A stretch of 26,345 nt of DNA from Nitriliruptoraceae bacterium (lineage in GTDB: Bacteria > Actinomycetota > Nitriliruptoria > Nitriliruptorales > Nitriliruptoraceae). This document shows, piece by piece, positions 1-9,573 of this stretch. Position 1 is the stretch's first letter, and each line of letters starts with the position of its first letter. The DNA lies in contig SKNK01000420.1 of NCBI GenBank assembly GCA_007120565.1, forward strand, positions 1 through 26,345, read 5' to 3'. The position numbers and the translations under genes were made by a program. The notes beneath the pieces are model-generated. The model was not told the DNA's origin, did no database searches, and saw only the letters and a list, made by a program, of their open reading frames with translations.

Positions 1-1
1 A

Positions 2-856
2 TCGCTGTCACCTCTGGTGTCCTCCCACCGCGACCCCACGATCCGACTGCGGCATGATCGCGTCGTGCGTGCGAGCCACACCCCCGACGGTCCTGCGACC
101 CTGGACGTTCGCCAGGTCGGCGAGCGTCGCTTCGAGGCCAGGGCCGTAGGACCTGGCCGGGAGCGCGCGCTGGAGGCTGCTCCCGGCCTGCTCGGCGCCG
201 AGGACGACCTGACGAGCTTCGCACCGCAGCTCGACCCGACCGTCGCCCGAGCTCACCACCTGCGCCCGGGGCTGCGACTCATCCGATCGGGACAAATCGA
301 GGATCTCCTGGTCCCGACGATCCTGGCCCAGCGCGTCACGGGTCGGGAAGCAGGACGTGCCTGGACCCGCATCGTCCAGGCATGGGGCGCGCCGGCGCCG
401 GGGAGCTCGGGATTGCGCCTCCCACCGACCTGTGCGCAGTTGGCCGCCAGGCCCTACTGGGAGTTCCACCACCTCGGCGTCGAGCGGAGCCGAGCCCGAC
501 GCATCGCGGTGGCCTGCCGAGAGCTAGCGGCATCCAACGGCTTCCGGCATCCTGCCGACGCGACCACCTATGCCAGGCTGCTGCGGATCCCCGGGGTCGG
601 CCCCTGGACGGCTGCCCTGGTGGCCCGTTCCACCGCTGGCGATCCCGATGCGGTCGAGGTGGGCGACTTCCACGTCAAGAACCACATCACCTTCGCCCTT
701 ACTGGCGACGCCAGAGGTAGCGACGATCGGATGCTGGAACTGCTGGCGCCGTTCGCGGGCCACCGAGGTCGGGTCGTTCGCCTCCTGACGTCGGTGGTGC
801 GGCGCCCACCGGCCTTCGGCCCGCGGCGACGTGTGGTCCCGGTCGACGCCCTGTGA
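2..856 (+). CDS. AlkA-type (HhH-GPD) DNA-3-methyladenine glycosylase family protein, probably 5'-truncated by the window edge
   Basis: HhH motif LLRIPGVGPWTA, catalytic-type Asp in VEVGDFHV, and ILAQRVT. The frame is open from base 2; the first GTG is at 17. Confidence 0.85.
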   Translation, partial: SLSPLVSSHRDPTIRLRHDRVVRASHTPDGPATLDVRQVGERRFEARAVGPGRERALEAAPGLLGAEDDLTSFAPQLDPTVARAHHLRPGLRLIRSGQIEDLLVPTILAQRVTGREAGRAWTRIVQAWGAPAPGSSGLRLPPTCAQLAARPYWEFHHLGVERSRARRIAVACRELAASNGFRHPADATTYARLLRIPGVGPWTAALVARSTAGDPDAVEVGDFHVKNHITFALTGDARGSDDRMLELLAPFAGHRGRVVRLLTSVVRRPPAFGPRRRVVPVDAL

Positions 857-906
857 GCCACCATCCACCAGCCAACCTCACCGCCTGATCTGTCGACGAC
901 GGGTGG

Positions 907-2613
907 TCAGCAGGTGATCGTGCTGCGAGGCAGCGTGGAGAGCTCTTCCTCACGCTCACCGGGTGTCACATCGCAGCCCTGGACCTCGGCGGACAACTGC
1001 AGCACCAGCTCGTCCATGAGCTGTCTGGCGACCCAGCGACCAGGGCCATCGGCTTCGTTCGCGATGACGGCGAGGTGGTAGCGCTCGCCGTCATCGCCCA
1101 CCACGGCGCCGCTCAAGGCGGTCACGTCGCGGAGCGTGCCCGTCTTGCCGAGGAACCGCCCGGACGCCACGGTTCCCCTCAGGCGTTCACGCAACGTCCC
1201 GCTCTCCCCCATCACCGCCATGAGGGACTGCCAGGTCTCGGACTGTGGACCGTCCGTCATCTGTCGGTCGAGATCGACCAGGAGACGAGCCGTGACCCGA
1301 TCATCGCGGGAGAGGCCGGACCCATCGGCGAACACCGCCTGGGTGTGATCGATGTCGAACCGGTCCAGCACCTGTCGCAGGGCTCGATCGCCCCGCTCCC
1401 AGGATCCCTCACCGGTTCGGATCCGCCCGATCGACTGGAACAGACCGTCAGTCAACTGGTTGTCGCTGCGCTGGACCGCGAACCGCAGTAGCTCCTCCAT
1501 GGGCGGACTCTCCACCGTGGCGAGGCGACCGACCAACGGCACCTCGACCTCGCCGGAACGGCCCTCTCCAAGCACGGGGACGTCGCGTTCCTCCAGAAGC
1601 CGGACCAGTTCCGCAGCCGCGTGAGCTGCAGGATCTCTGACGTGATCGACCCGGACATCGGGTGGGCCGAGGTCCTCGGGGTCGGCGGTCGGTGCCTCCT
1701 GTTCGGGTTCGCCGCCCTCCTCACCGTCTGTCTCGTCAGGGGCCTCCTCCTCGCCCTCCTCAGCCTCCTCGCCCTCCTCCGACGACTCCTCGTCCTCCTC
1801 GGGCTCGGGGTAGGTCAGGATCGTCTCCAGTCCGGCGTCGACCGTGAGCCCCGAGGCGTACCGGGCATCGAAGCTGCTGAAGTAGCGATCGGGCCAGCCT
1901 TCGGCGCGGGTAGGCCCGGTGAATCCAGGGGCTACACCGATCACGTCGCCATCGAGGTGGGTCAAGCCTTGGGCGACGAGGTCATCCGCGAGCGCCGAGA
2001 GTGGGGTCCGGGGGCGAGCGGGGTAGATCCAACGGGCGTACTCGTCGGTGGCCAGCGCGGGATCGCCGCCGCCGATGAGCACCAGGTCGCCGCGCAGCCG
2101 ACCATCGCCGGAGATCGGTGCGGTGGTTTCGACCAGGGTCTTGAGGGTGCCCTGTGACCCGACGGTCATGAGCAGAGCGGCTGCCGTCACGACCTTGAGC
2201 GTCGAGGCAGGGAGGACAGCTTCATCGGCGCGGTGAGCCGCGATCTCTCGGCCGTGCCGATCGGTCACGAGCACCGCGAGCTGCGCGTCGTCGGCAACCC
2301 GAGCCGCATCATCGACCAGCTGTTGGATCCGCGCGACCAACTCCGCCCGTCCCTCGGGCAAAGGTGGCTCTTCGGGCTCTTCCGGCGGTGGCGGAGGGTC
2401 GGATGCCTCCGCGGCCTCGTCGGCAGCCTCCGCGGTATCGGCACTCTCGTTGGCGTCCGACGGGAGCGGCTGCTGCGGCGCCACCTCGGCTGGTTCGGGT
2501 GGTTCCTCCGGCGGCGCCTCAGCTGACGAGCACGCGGTCAGCGCGAGCGCGAACGCGACCACGAGCGCGACGACGCGAGAGGGTCTGCCCCGTCGTGCGG
2601 CTACCCGAGCCAC
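907..2613 (-). CDS. dacB: D-alanyl-D-alanine carboxypeptidase/endopeptidase (PBP4, peptidase S13), predicted lipoprotein
   Basis: SxxK (PASTLK), SxN (RSDN), KTG (GKTGTL) and FADGSGLSR. The GTG at 2613 opens a signal peptide ending in lipobox LTAC (Cys at 2530-2532). The ORF-track start at 2829 overlaps the sigma gene and was not used. Confidence 0.92.
   Translation of the reverse strand: MARVAARRGRPSRVVALVVAFALALTACSSAEAPPEEPPEPAEVAPQQPLPSDANESADTAEAADEAAEASDPPPPPEEPEEPPLPEGRAELVARIQQLVDDAARVADDAQLAVLVTDRHGREIAAHRADEAVLPASTLKVVTAAALLMTVGSQGTLKTLVETTAPISGDGRLRGDLVLIGGGDPALATDEYARWIYPARPRTPLSALADDLVAQGLTHLDGDVIGVAPGFTGPTRAEGWPDRYFSSFDARYASGLTVDAGLETILTYPEPEEDEESSEEGEEAEEGEEEAPDETDGEEGGEPEQEAPTADPEDLGPPDVRVDHVRDPAAHAAAELVRLLEERDVPVLGEGRSGEVEVPLVGRLATVESPPMEELLRFAVQRSDNQLTDGLFQSIGRIRTGEGSWERGDRALRQVLDRFDIDHTQAVFADGSGLSRDDRVTARLLVDLDRQMTDGPQSETWQSLMAVMGESGTLRERLRGTVASGRFLGKTGTLRDVTALSGAVVGDDGERYHLAVIANEADGPGRWVARQLMDELVLQLSAEVQGCDVTPGEREEELSTLPRSTITC
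1672..1806 (-). repeat. Low-complexity acidic insert in DacB containing imperfect 9-nt tandem units (EEG/EEA)
   Basis: 45 residues EPEEDEESSEEGEEAEEGEEE...DPED with 26 D/E and no K/R. The plus strand reads ctcctcgcc ctcctcagc ctcctcgcc ctcctccga around 1750-1790. Confidence 0.9.
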
Positions 2614-2671
2614 CGCGGTCCCCGGAGGCGCGCAGCGCTCACGTGCCGTGCCGTGGCCGCCCCGACGAGCG

Positions 2672-3811
<1,140 letters not shown>

Positions 3812-3940
3812 GGATCGGCCTCGCGGGGCTCGGTGTGGTCCTCAGGGTGCGCTCGAACCGTGACGCAGCCGCTCGGCGCCACGGTACCGCGCTCCCGCTG
3901 GACCGTGTTCTCCCCGTGACGGTCCGGGGCAGGATCGCGC

Positions 3941-3969
3941 ATGGTACGGGTATCTGCGCCCTCCGTCAT
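3941..3969 (-). promoter_or_regulatory. Putative sigma70-type promoter for sigma paralog 1: ATGACG-N17-TACCAT
   Basis: On the minus strand, a -35-like ATGACG (3969-3964, overlapping the YibE/F stop) lies exactly 17 nt before TACCAT (3946-3941). This implies a leader of about 125 nt. Confidence 0.55.
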
Positions 3970-5381
3970 GACCGGGGCGCGCGTGGCCCGTCATCGGGGT
4001 CGTCGGGATCGTCCTCGTCGCCATCCGGAGCCGGGAGATCGCCGCGATCGACCTGGTCTCGGAAACGGTCCATGTCCAGGGTGATCGCGCTCGGGTCGAA
4101 CACCCCATCCGCGTCGGTCAGACCCGGATCCTGCGTAGCCGGAGGCGTTCCTGACGCGGTCTCTGCGTCGACGTCGACGGGGGCCAGACCGTGATCGTGG
4201 CCGTGCCCAGCGAGAGGAGGCGCGCCCTCGGGGCGGTCGACCGCGACCTTGGCAGCGAGCGCGGTCGTCAACGGCACCGCGGCGATCAGCCCGAGGGAGC
4301 CGACCAGGATCTTGACGATCTCTTCGGCGATGACCTCGGAGTTGACGATCTCCGCGGTGTTCACGCCACCGGTCGAGAACAGCACGAGCAACGCCAGCGA
4401 TGCACCGGCGTAGGCGAGGAACAGCGTGTTGACGACCGAAGCGATGTGGTCGCGGCCAACCTTCATCGCCCTGGCGAACAATCCCCCCCAACTCAACGTG
4501 CGGTCGGTGTCGTGAAGGGCGAACACCGTCGATGCCTGGCTGACGGTGACGTCGTCGAGCACGCCGAGTGCCGCGATGATCAGTCCGGCGAGGACCAGAC
4601 CCTGCAGATCGAGGCCCTGGACCGCGAAGGAGGCGAACAGGGCGTCATCCGAGGCGTACCCGGTGATCTTGCTCTGCGAGATGAACCAGAGGCCGAGACC
4701 AACCGTGAGGACCAGCGCGGCGGTCGTTCCCACGATGGCGGCGGTCGTCATCTCGTTGACCCCGTGCGCGAGGTAGAGCGTGATGATCATGACCGCGACG
4801 GCACCGACCAGCGCGACCAGTGGCGGGTTCGAGCCGGCGAGGATGGCGGGGACGATGAACGAGATCACGATGATCAGGCTGAGCGCGAGACCGATGAGCG
4901 AGCGCAGACCGTGCCACCTGCCGATGGCGATCACCGCGGCCACGAACACCCCGAGCAGGAGCAGCAGCATCGGGGTGCGTTGGAAGTCGGTGATGAAGTA
5001 CTGGGCATCTGAGTCCGGGACCCCGGCTCGATCCAGGGTCACGCGGTCCCCAACGGCCAGGTCGGGATAGCCGTCGAGAGGGAGATCCTCCAGGGTGACG
5101 CGGTCCCCGGCGTCGGGACCGTCGAGCAGTGCCACCTCGACGTTCGCCCGCCGTGGACTGGCTCCGAAGGGCTCGAACCCGTCGTCGACTTCACCGGGAT
5201 CGGCCTCGTACTCCTCGAAGGCGACGATCTCGGCCACGATCAGGTCCTCGAGCTCCTCGGGAGCGTCGGGAAGCCGATCCGCGTCCGGCCACAACGCGAT
5301 CATCCCCGCGATGGACGCTACCGCCAGCGCCGCAACGATGACCAGCAGACCACGATGGGTGGATGAGACCTCACGGGGCAC
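3966..5381 (-). CDS. YibE/F family multi-pass membrane protein with His-containing acidic C-terminal tail
   Basis: Family motifs LGVLDDVTVSQAS and GRDHIASVVNTLFLAYAGASL, many TM segments, and SD GAGGAG 7 nt before the GTG. Confidence 0.88.
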   Translation of the reverse strand: MPREVSSTHRGLLVIVAALAVASIAGMIALWPDADRLPDAPEELEDLIVAEIVAFEEYEADPGEVDDGFEPFGASPRRANVEVALLDGPDAGDRVTLEDLPLDGYPDLAVGDRVTLDRAGVPDSDAQYFITDFQRTPMLLLLLGVFVAAVIAIGRWHGLRSLIGLALSLIIVISFIVPAILAGSNPPLVALVGAVAVMIITLYLAHGVNEMTTAAIVGTTAALVLTVGLGLWFISQSKITGYASDDALFASFAVQGLDLQGLVLAGLIIAALGVLDDVTVSQASTVFALHDTDRTLSWGGLFARAMKVGRDHIASVVNTLFLAYAGASLALLVLFSTGGVNTAEIVNSEVIAEEIVKILVGSLGLIAAVPLTTALAAKVAVDRPEGAPPLAGHGHDHGLAPVDVDAETASGTPPATQDPGLTDADGVFDPSAITLDMDRFRDQVDRGDLPAPDGDEDDPDDPDDGPRAPRS

Positions 5382-5426
5382 GGGCGGGCTCCTCGTCGGG
5401 GGTGATCACGACGCGGATGCTACGCG

Positions 5427-5460
5427 CGACGCCCGCCATCATGATCGATGGCGGGCGTCG
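5427..5460. terminator. Perfect 14-bp inverted repeat; probable intrinsic terminator (no U-tract) after sigma paralog 2
   Basis: cgacgcccgccatc-atgatc-gatggcgggcgtcg, 33 nt past the stop of 5494..6660. Confidence 0.7.
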
Positions 5461-5493
5461 TTCGTACGTGTGGGCCAGACGGCCCTGTCACCT

Positions 5494-6660
5494 TCAGGCG
5501 GCGTGGTCGAGAACGTCCAGCAGCCCGGAGAGGTTGTGTGCTCGAGAGGGGTGACGCAGCTTCGCCAACGCGCGGTTCTGCATCTGGCGGATGCGTTCAC
5601 GGGTCAGGCCGAAGTGCTCGCCGATCTCCTCGAGGGTCCGTGGCTCCTCGCCTTGGAGCCCGAAACGGAGCACGAGGATCAGCCGCTCACGATCGTCGAG
5701 CTCCCGTAGGGCCGCGTCGATCTGGCTGAGGGCATCGCCTTCGAGGGCGGTGTCCGCAGGGTCGACGCCGTCGACGTCAGCGATGAGGTCACCCATCGTC
5801 GCGTCGCCGTCCTCGCCGATCGGGCGGTCCAGCGAGACCAGTTCCTGCATCGCGTCACGCACCTCGCGGACACGCTGCTCGGTGAGTCCGACCTCGTCGG
5901 CGATCTCGGCCTCGGAGGGGTCCCCACCCTTCTGCTGGCGCAGGCGGAGTTCGGCGGCACGAAGCTTGCCGTACAGCTCCCAAACGTGGGCCGGAACGCG
6001 GATCGTGCGACCCTTGCTCGCGACACCGCGCTGGAGGGCCTGACGGATCCACCACACCGCGTAGGTCGAGAACTTGTACCCCTTGGTGTGGTCGAACTTC
6101 TCGACCGCACGCAGCAGACCCAGGTTGCCTTCCTGGATCAACTCGATGAAGTCGAGGTCACGTCCGGAGAACTTGCGGGCCTGGGGCACGACCAGCCTCA
6201 GGTTGGCCTGGACCATGCGCTCCTTGGCGCGCTCACCGTCCTGGCTGATCCTGCGAAGTCGAGCCTTGCGACTGCGCGTGATGTTCTTGCCGAACTCGCG
6301 CAGGAGCTGGTCGGCGGACATCCCCGCCTGGTAGCGCTTCGCCAGGTCGGCCTCGTCCTCCTTGGTGAGCAGGTCGTGTCGACCAGCATCGTTGAGGTAC
6401 TGACGAACGAGGTCGGTGGTCAGAGCAGCGGACTGATCCGCCGCGACCACATGCTCGGGAGCGTCATCAGCGACGTCGTCGATGATCTCGACACCCTGAG
6501 CACGGATCTCGGTGATCGTGTCCTCGACCCACGTGTCACCGAGCAGCTCGGGAGTGTGCAGCAGCTGCAGCTCGGAGAGCAGCACGAAGCCTCGCTCAGC
6601 TGAGCGTTCGAGAAGCTCCTCGACAGCGAGCTCTGCAGTTGGAAGGTCGGTCGGGTTCAC
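5494..6660 (-). CDS. RpoD/SigA-family sigma-70 factor, paralog 2
   Basis: DLVRQYLNDAG, ANLRLVV, LIQEGNLGL, KGYKFSTYAVWWIRQ and LTRERIRQ...LAKLRHP. SD AGGAGG 4 nt before the GTG. Confidence 0.95.
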   Translation of the reverse strand: MNPTDLPTAELAVEELLERSAERGFVLLSELQLLHTPELLGDTWVEDTITEIRAQGVEIIDDVADDAPEHVVAADQSAALTTDLVRQYLNDAGRHDLLTKEDEADLAKRYQAGMSADQLLREFGKNITRSRKARLRRISQDGERAKERMVQANLRLVVPQARKFSGRDLDFIELIQEGNLGLLRAVEKFDHTKGYKFSTYAVWWIRQALQRGVASKGRTIRVPAHVWELYGKLRAAELRLRQQKGGDPSEAEIADEVGLTEQRVREVRDAMQELVSLDRPIGEDGDATMGDLIADVDGVDPADTALEGDALSQIDAALRELDDRERLILVLRFGLQGEEPRTLEEIGEHFGLTRERIRQMQNRALAKLRHPSRAHNLSGLLDVLDHAA

Positions 6661-6756
6661 CTTGCCTCCTCACGGATCGGGGTGAAGCTTGGGGGCCGGA
6701 AACCCGGCGCGGATGCGAGCGCCGCACCTGGCGGGCTCATGGGTAGGACGTTCGGT

Positions 6757-6765
6757 GATATAGCA
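6757..6765 (-). promoter_or_regulatory. Putative extended -10 promoter (TGcTATATC) for sigma paralog 2
   Basis: Minus strand ...actttgctatatc... is the most AT-rich patch of the intergenic region, about 95 nt upstream of the start. No recognisable -35. Confidence 0.55.
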
Positions 6766-7036
6766 AAGTTGCGTGGTCACCGATCGGCCGCTCGGCGGGC
6801 TCCCGGCGGTCTCGGGTCGGATAGCGTCGCACGTCTGGTTCGGTGCCGTCACCTATCTGGTGCCGTCGAACGGCCGCTTCCTTGCCACTCCGACCGGTCG
6901 GCGGTGGTCGTTCGGCCAGGCGCGTACCGGGCAGAACGGGCTATACCCGTCCAACGACGCCCTCGCTACCTCTAACGAACTCATCGACCACAAGCGTCCC
7001 TGGCGCGACAGAACGTGCGGTGAGCGCTCGCCTTGT

Positions 7037-7306
7037 TCACTTCCTCGGGTGGACACGGCCCTGGTGGCACCGATGGCCCTCCTCGATGAGCCGTCGGGCG
7101 TGCTCGTCCTCGCGCCCGGGGAGGAGACGTCCGTCGGCACTCACCACGCGCCACCATGGCAGCCCATCGCTAGCCGCAAGCGCGCGGCCGACCGCCCTGG
7201 CGGCTCCCGGTCGCCCAGCCTCGGCCGCGACCTCGCCGTAGGTCAACACCTCCCCTGGCTGCGTGGCTGCTACGACGGCAGCAACCTGGCGCGCGAACGG
7301 GGTCAC
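7037..7306 (-). CDS. Alkyltransferase-like (ATL/YbaZ-type) MGMT-family DNA-binding protein
   Basis: TYGEVA...AARAVG...LPWWRVV, with Trp at the position of the catalytic Cys of PCHRV. The GTG overlaps the upstream TGA (GTGA). Confidence 0.9.
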   Translation of the reverse strand: MTPFARQVAAVVAATQPGEVLTYGEVAAEAGRPGAARAVGRALAASDGLPWWRVVSADGRLLPGREDEHARRLIEEGHRCHQGRVHPRK

Positions 7307-9549
7307 GTACGGGGCGGAGCCGTGGTTGCGTCACGCGGCAAGCTCACCGTGTGATCGGGCTCGGGTCTGGCCGCGTGTTCCTCGGCGACGGACGCCGCAC
7401 GCTTCGGGTAAGGGATGCGTGGGTGGTAGACGCCGACCAGCGATTCGACGATCTGATCGCGAGCGACCTTGAGGTCGTGGAAGGTCATGGCCGACTCCGC
7501 GAACTGCCCGTCAGCGATCCGTTCGTCGAGCAGTCGGTCGACGGTCTCCTCGATCTCCTCGCGCGGGAGGTTGCCGCGCGACAGGGCCATGGACCGTGTG
7601 GTCGCTTCGCAGCAGTCGGCGAACATCAAGATGGCCGCCTCCTTCGCCGCGGGCTTGTGACCCTTGTAGCGGTAGACCTGTTCGTCGACCGCGTCAGGAT
7701 CACCGCCCGCCTGCGCGATGGCCCGCTCGTAGAAGTAGCTGACGACCATCGTGCCGTGATGGCTGCCGATACAGGCCACGACCTCGGGGGGCAGCTTGTA
7801 CTCCCGGGCCATCTCCACCCCGTCGGTGACGTGGTTCTGGATGATGATGGCCGAGATCTCGGGGTCGAGATCGTCGTGGGGGTTCGCGATGCCCTGCTGG
7901 TTCTCGATGAAGTAGTGGGGCTGACGCACCTTGCCGATGTCGTGGTAGAGCGCAGCGACGCTACCGACCAGGGGGTCGGCTCCAACCGCCCGGCAGGCGC
8001 GCTCGGTCAACGAGGCAACCATCACCGAGTGGTTGTAGGTCCCGAGCGCCTTCTCCTCGAGCTCGCGGAGCAAGGGGTGGTTGCGGTCGGCGAGGTCGAG
8101 AAGGGCGGTCACCGTCGGAAGGCGGAACAGGTTCTCCAGGAACGGCATGGCGCCCTGGACGGCGATCGCGGTGACGACACCGTTGATCGCGCCAGCGGCG
8201 ATCGCGATGAACAACTCATCGCGTGGCCCGAACACCAGGACGATGATCGCGGCAAGGGCCGGGAACGACAGTCCGGCTCGGAGCGTGGCCGACCGCAGGT
8301 CCGACCGCGAAGCGATCTTGGTCGTCAACGGCACGCTGGTCAGCACGGTCGCGGCGGCGAACAGCGCGACCGGAGGAGAGCCGGGGATCACCAGGAGCAC
8401 GATGACCGAGGCCGGAAGCATGGTCGCGATGCCGACGACGGGATGGATCAACAACGCCGTGAGCATGCCCAGCGCTGCAGCGGGAACGACGTAGGCCCAC
8501 GCCGACGATGTCGCATCCGTCAACACGGTGGTCGCCGTGACCAACCCCGCATACGCGGTCACCAAGAGCGACAACAACACGAGCTTCTTGCCACTGACCC
8601 ACACCCAGGGCTGCATCCGGCTCAGGTAGATCGCGCCGATCACCACGACCAGCAGCATGGCCAGGGCGGTCCGGAGCAACAGCCGTAGCGGCGACGTGCC
8701 TGACAGCCCGAGGCGCTCGATCGCCTGCAACTGCAGTGGCCCGACGATCTCGTTCTCTCGGACGATCGCTTCACCCGCACGCCAGGTCTCAGCAACCTCG
8801 TCGACCGCGTCCGCCGCGCGTTGACGCTCGAGCGAGGTCAGCTCAGGATCGACCACGACCGTCGGTTGCATCTTCGCTTCGAGGACCGGGCGCGCGATCG
8901 TGTCCGAGGTGTCCCGCGGGAAGGAACGCAGCGCCAGCTCGGTCGGCAGCGTGTCGGCGAGCATCTCGTCGAGCTCTTCCTCGCTGACCCGCTGACGAGC
9001 GAGCTCCTGCGCCACCGCGATCGTCTCGCGCTCGATCGCCTCCAACTCGGAGTTCGAGAGCCCGACCAGCCGCTCGATCACGCCCGAGCTCAACTGCTCC
9101 TGTTCGACGGAGAGATCATCGATCTGCTGGCTCCGGGACGGCGTCCGGAGGGCGTCGTCCTCTCCTGCGGTGACCGGTTGCCGCACGCTACGAGCGTCCT
9201 CGAACACCTCGCGGACCGCGCCGACGATCTGCGCCTGGGCATCGCGGTCGAACGCCAGGACCGGCTCGACCGACTCCGCGGCCACCCGGCGTGCGTTCTC
9301 GGTGGCGTCCGGATCGACCTCACGTACGTCACGATCCGCGACCAGGTCGTTCGGAGCCGGCTCGCCCTCGCGCACCGCCTGGTCGTCCAGCGCGGTGCTC
9401 GCCAACACCGCCAGGGGCACCAGCAGGACCACGATCAGCCCCGCCAACAACCGCTGGAGGACGATCTGCCGGGTGGAACGGTTGTCGCTCACGAGCCGGG
9501 CAACCTCCATCGGGGCGGCAGGCGGCAAGGTATGCGAGGACCGCATCAC
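7303..9549 (-). CDS. 7TM-HD (HDIG) phosphohydrolase, PgpH-like cyclic-di-AMP phosphodiesterase
   Basis: N-terminal TM, large extracytoplasmic domain, about 7 TM helices, then LLDLAD.NHPLLREL, GTYNHS, YHDIGK, HHGT and FADCCEA. The start is uncertain (GTG 9549, ATG 9546 or a later ATG). Confidence 0.88.
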   Translation of the reverse strand: MMRSSHTLPPAAPMEVARLVSDNRSTRQIVLQRLLAGLIVVLLVPLAVLASTALDDQAVREGEPAPNDLVADRDVREVDPDATENARRVAAESVEPVLAFDRDAQAQIVGAVREVFEDARSVRQPVTAGEDDALRTPSRSQQIDDLSVEQEQLSSGVIERLVGLSNSELEAIERETIAVAQELARQRVSEEELDEMLADTLPTELALRSFPRDTSDTIARPVLEAKMQPTVVVDPELTSLERQRAADAVDEVAETWRAGEAIVRENEIVGPLQLQAIERLGLSGTSPLRLLLRTALAMLLVVVIGAIYLSRMQPWVWVSGKKLVLLSLLVTAYAGLVTATTVLTDATSSAWAYVVPAAALGMLTALLIHPVVGIATMLPASVIVLLVIPGSPPVALFAAATVLTSVPLTTKIASRSDLRSATLRAGLSFPALAAIIVLVFGPRDELFIAIAAGAINGVVTAIAVQGAMPFLENLFRLPTVTALLDLADRNHPLLRELEEKALGTYNHSVMVASLTERACRAVGADPLVGSVAALYHDIGKVRQPHYFIENQQGIANPHDDLDPEISAIIIQNHVTDGVEMAREYKLPPEVVACIGSHHGTMVVSYFYERAIAQAGGDPDAVDEQVYRYKGHKPAAKEAAILMFADCCEATTRSMALSRGNLPREEIEETVDRLLDERIADGQFAESAMTFHDLKVARDQIVESLVGVYHPRIPYPKRAASVAEEHAARPEPDHTVSLPRDATTAPPRT

Positions 9550-9573
9550 CGTGACGTCCGGTTCACGACAACC

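Noticed and set aside
3845-3865. GGTTCGA tRNA T-loop-like strings (here on the minus strand, and near 21090)
   Set aside because: The flanks do not form a T-stem or cloverleaf.
6938-6950. GGGTAT SigF/SigB-type -10 on the minus strand
   Set aside because: No GTTT-like -35 at 14-17 nt spacing.
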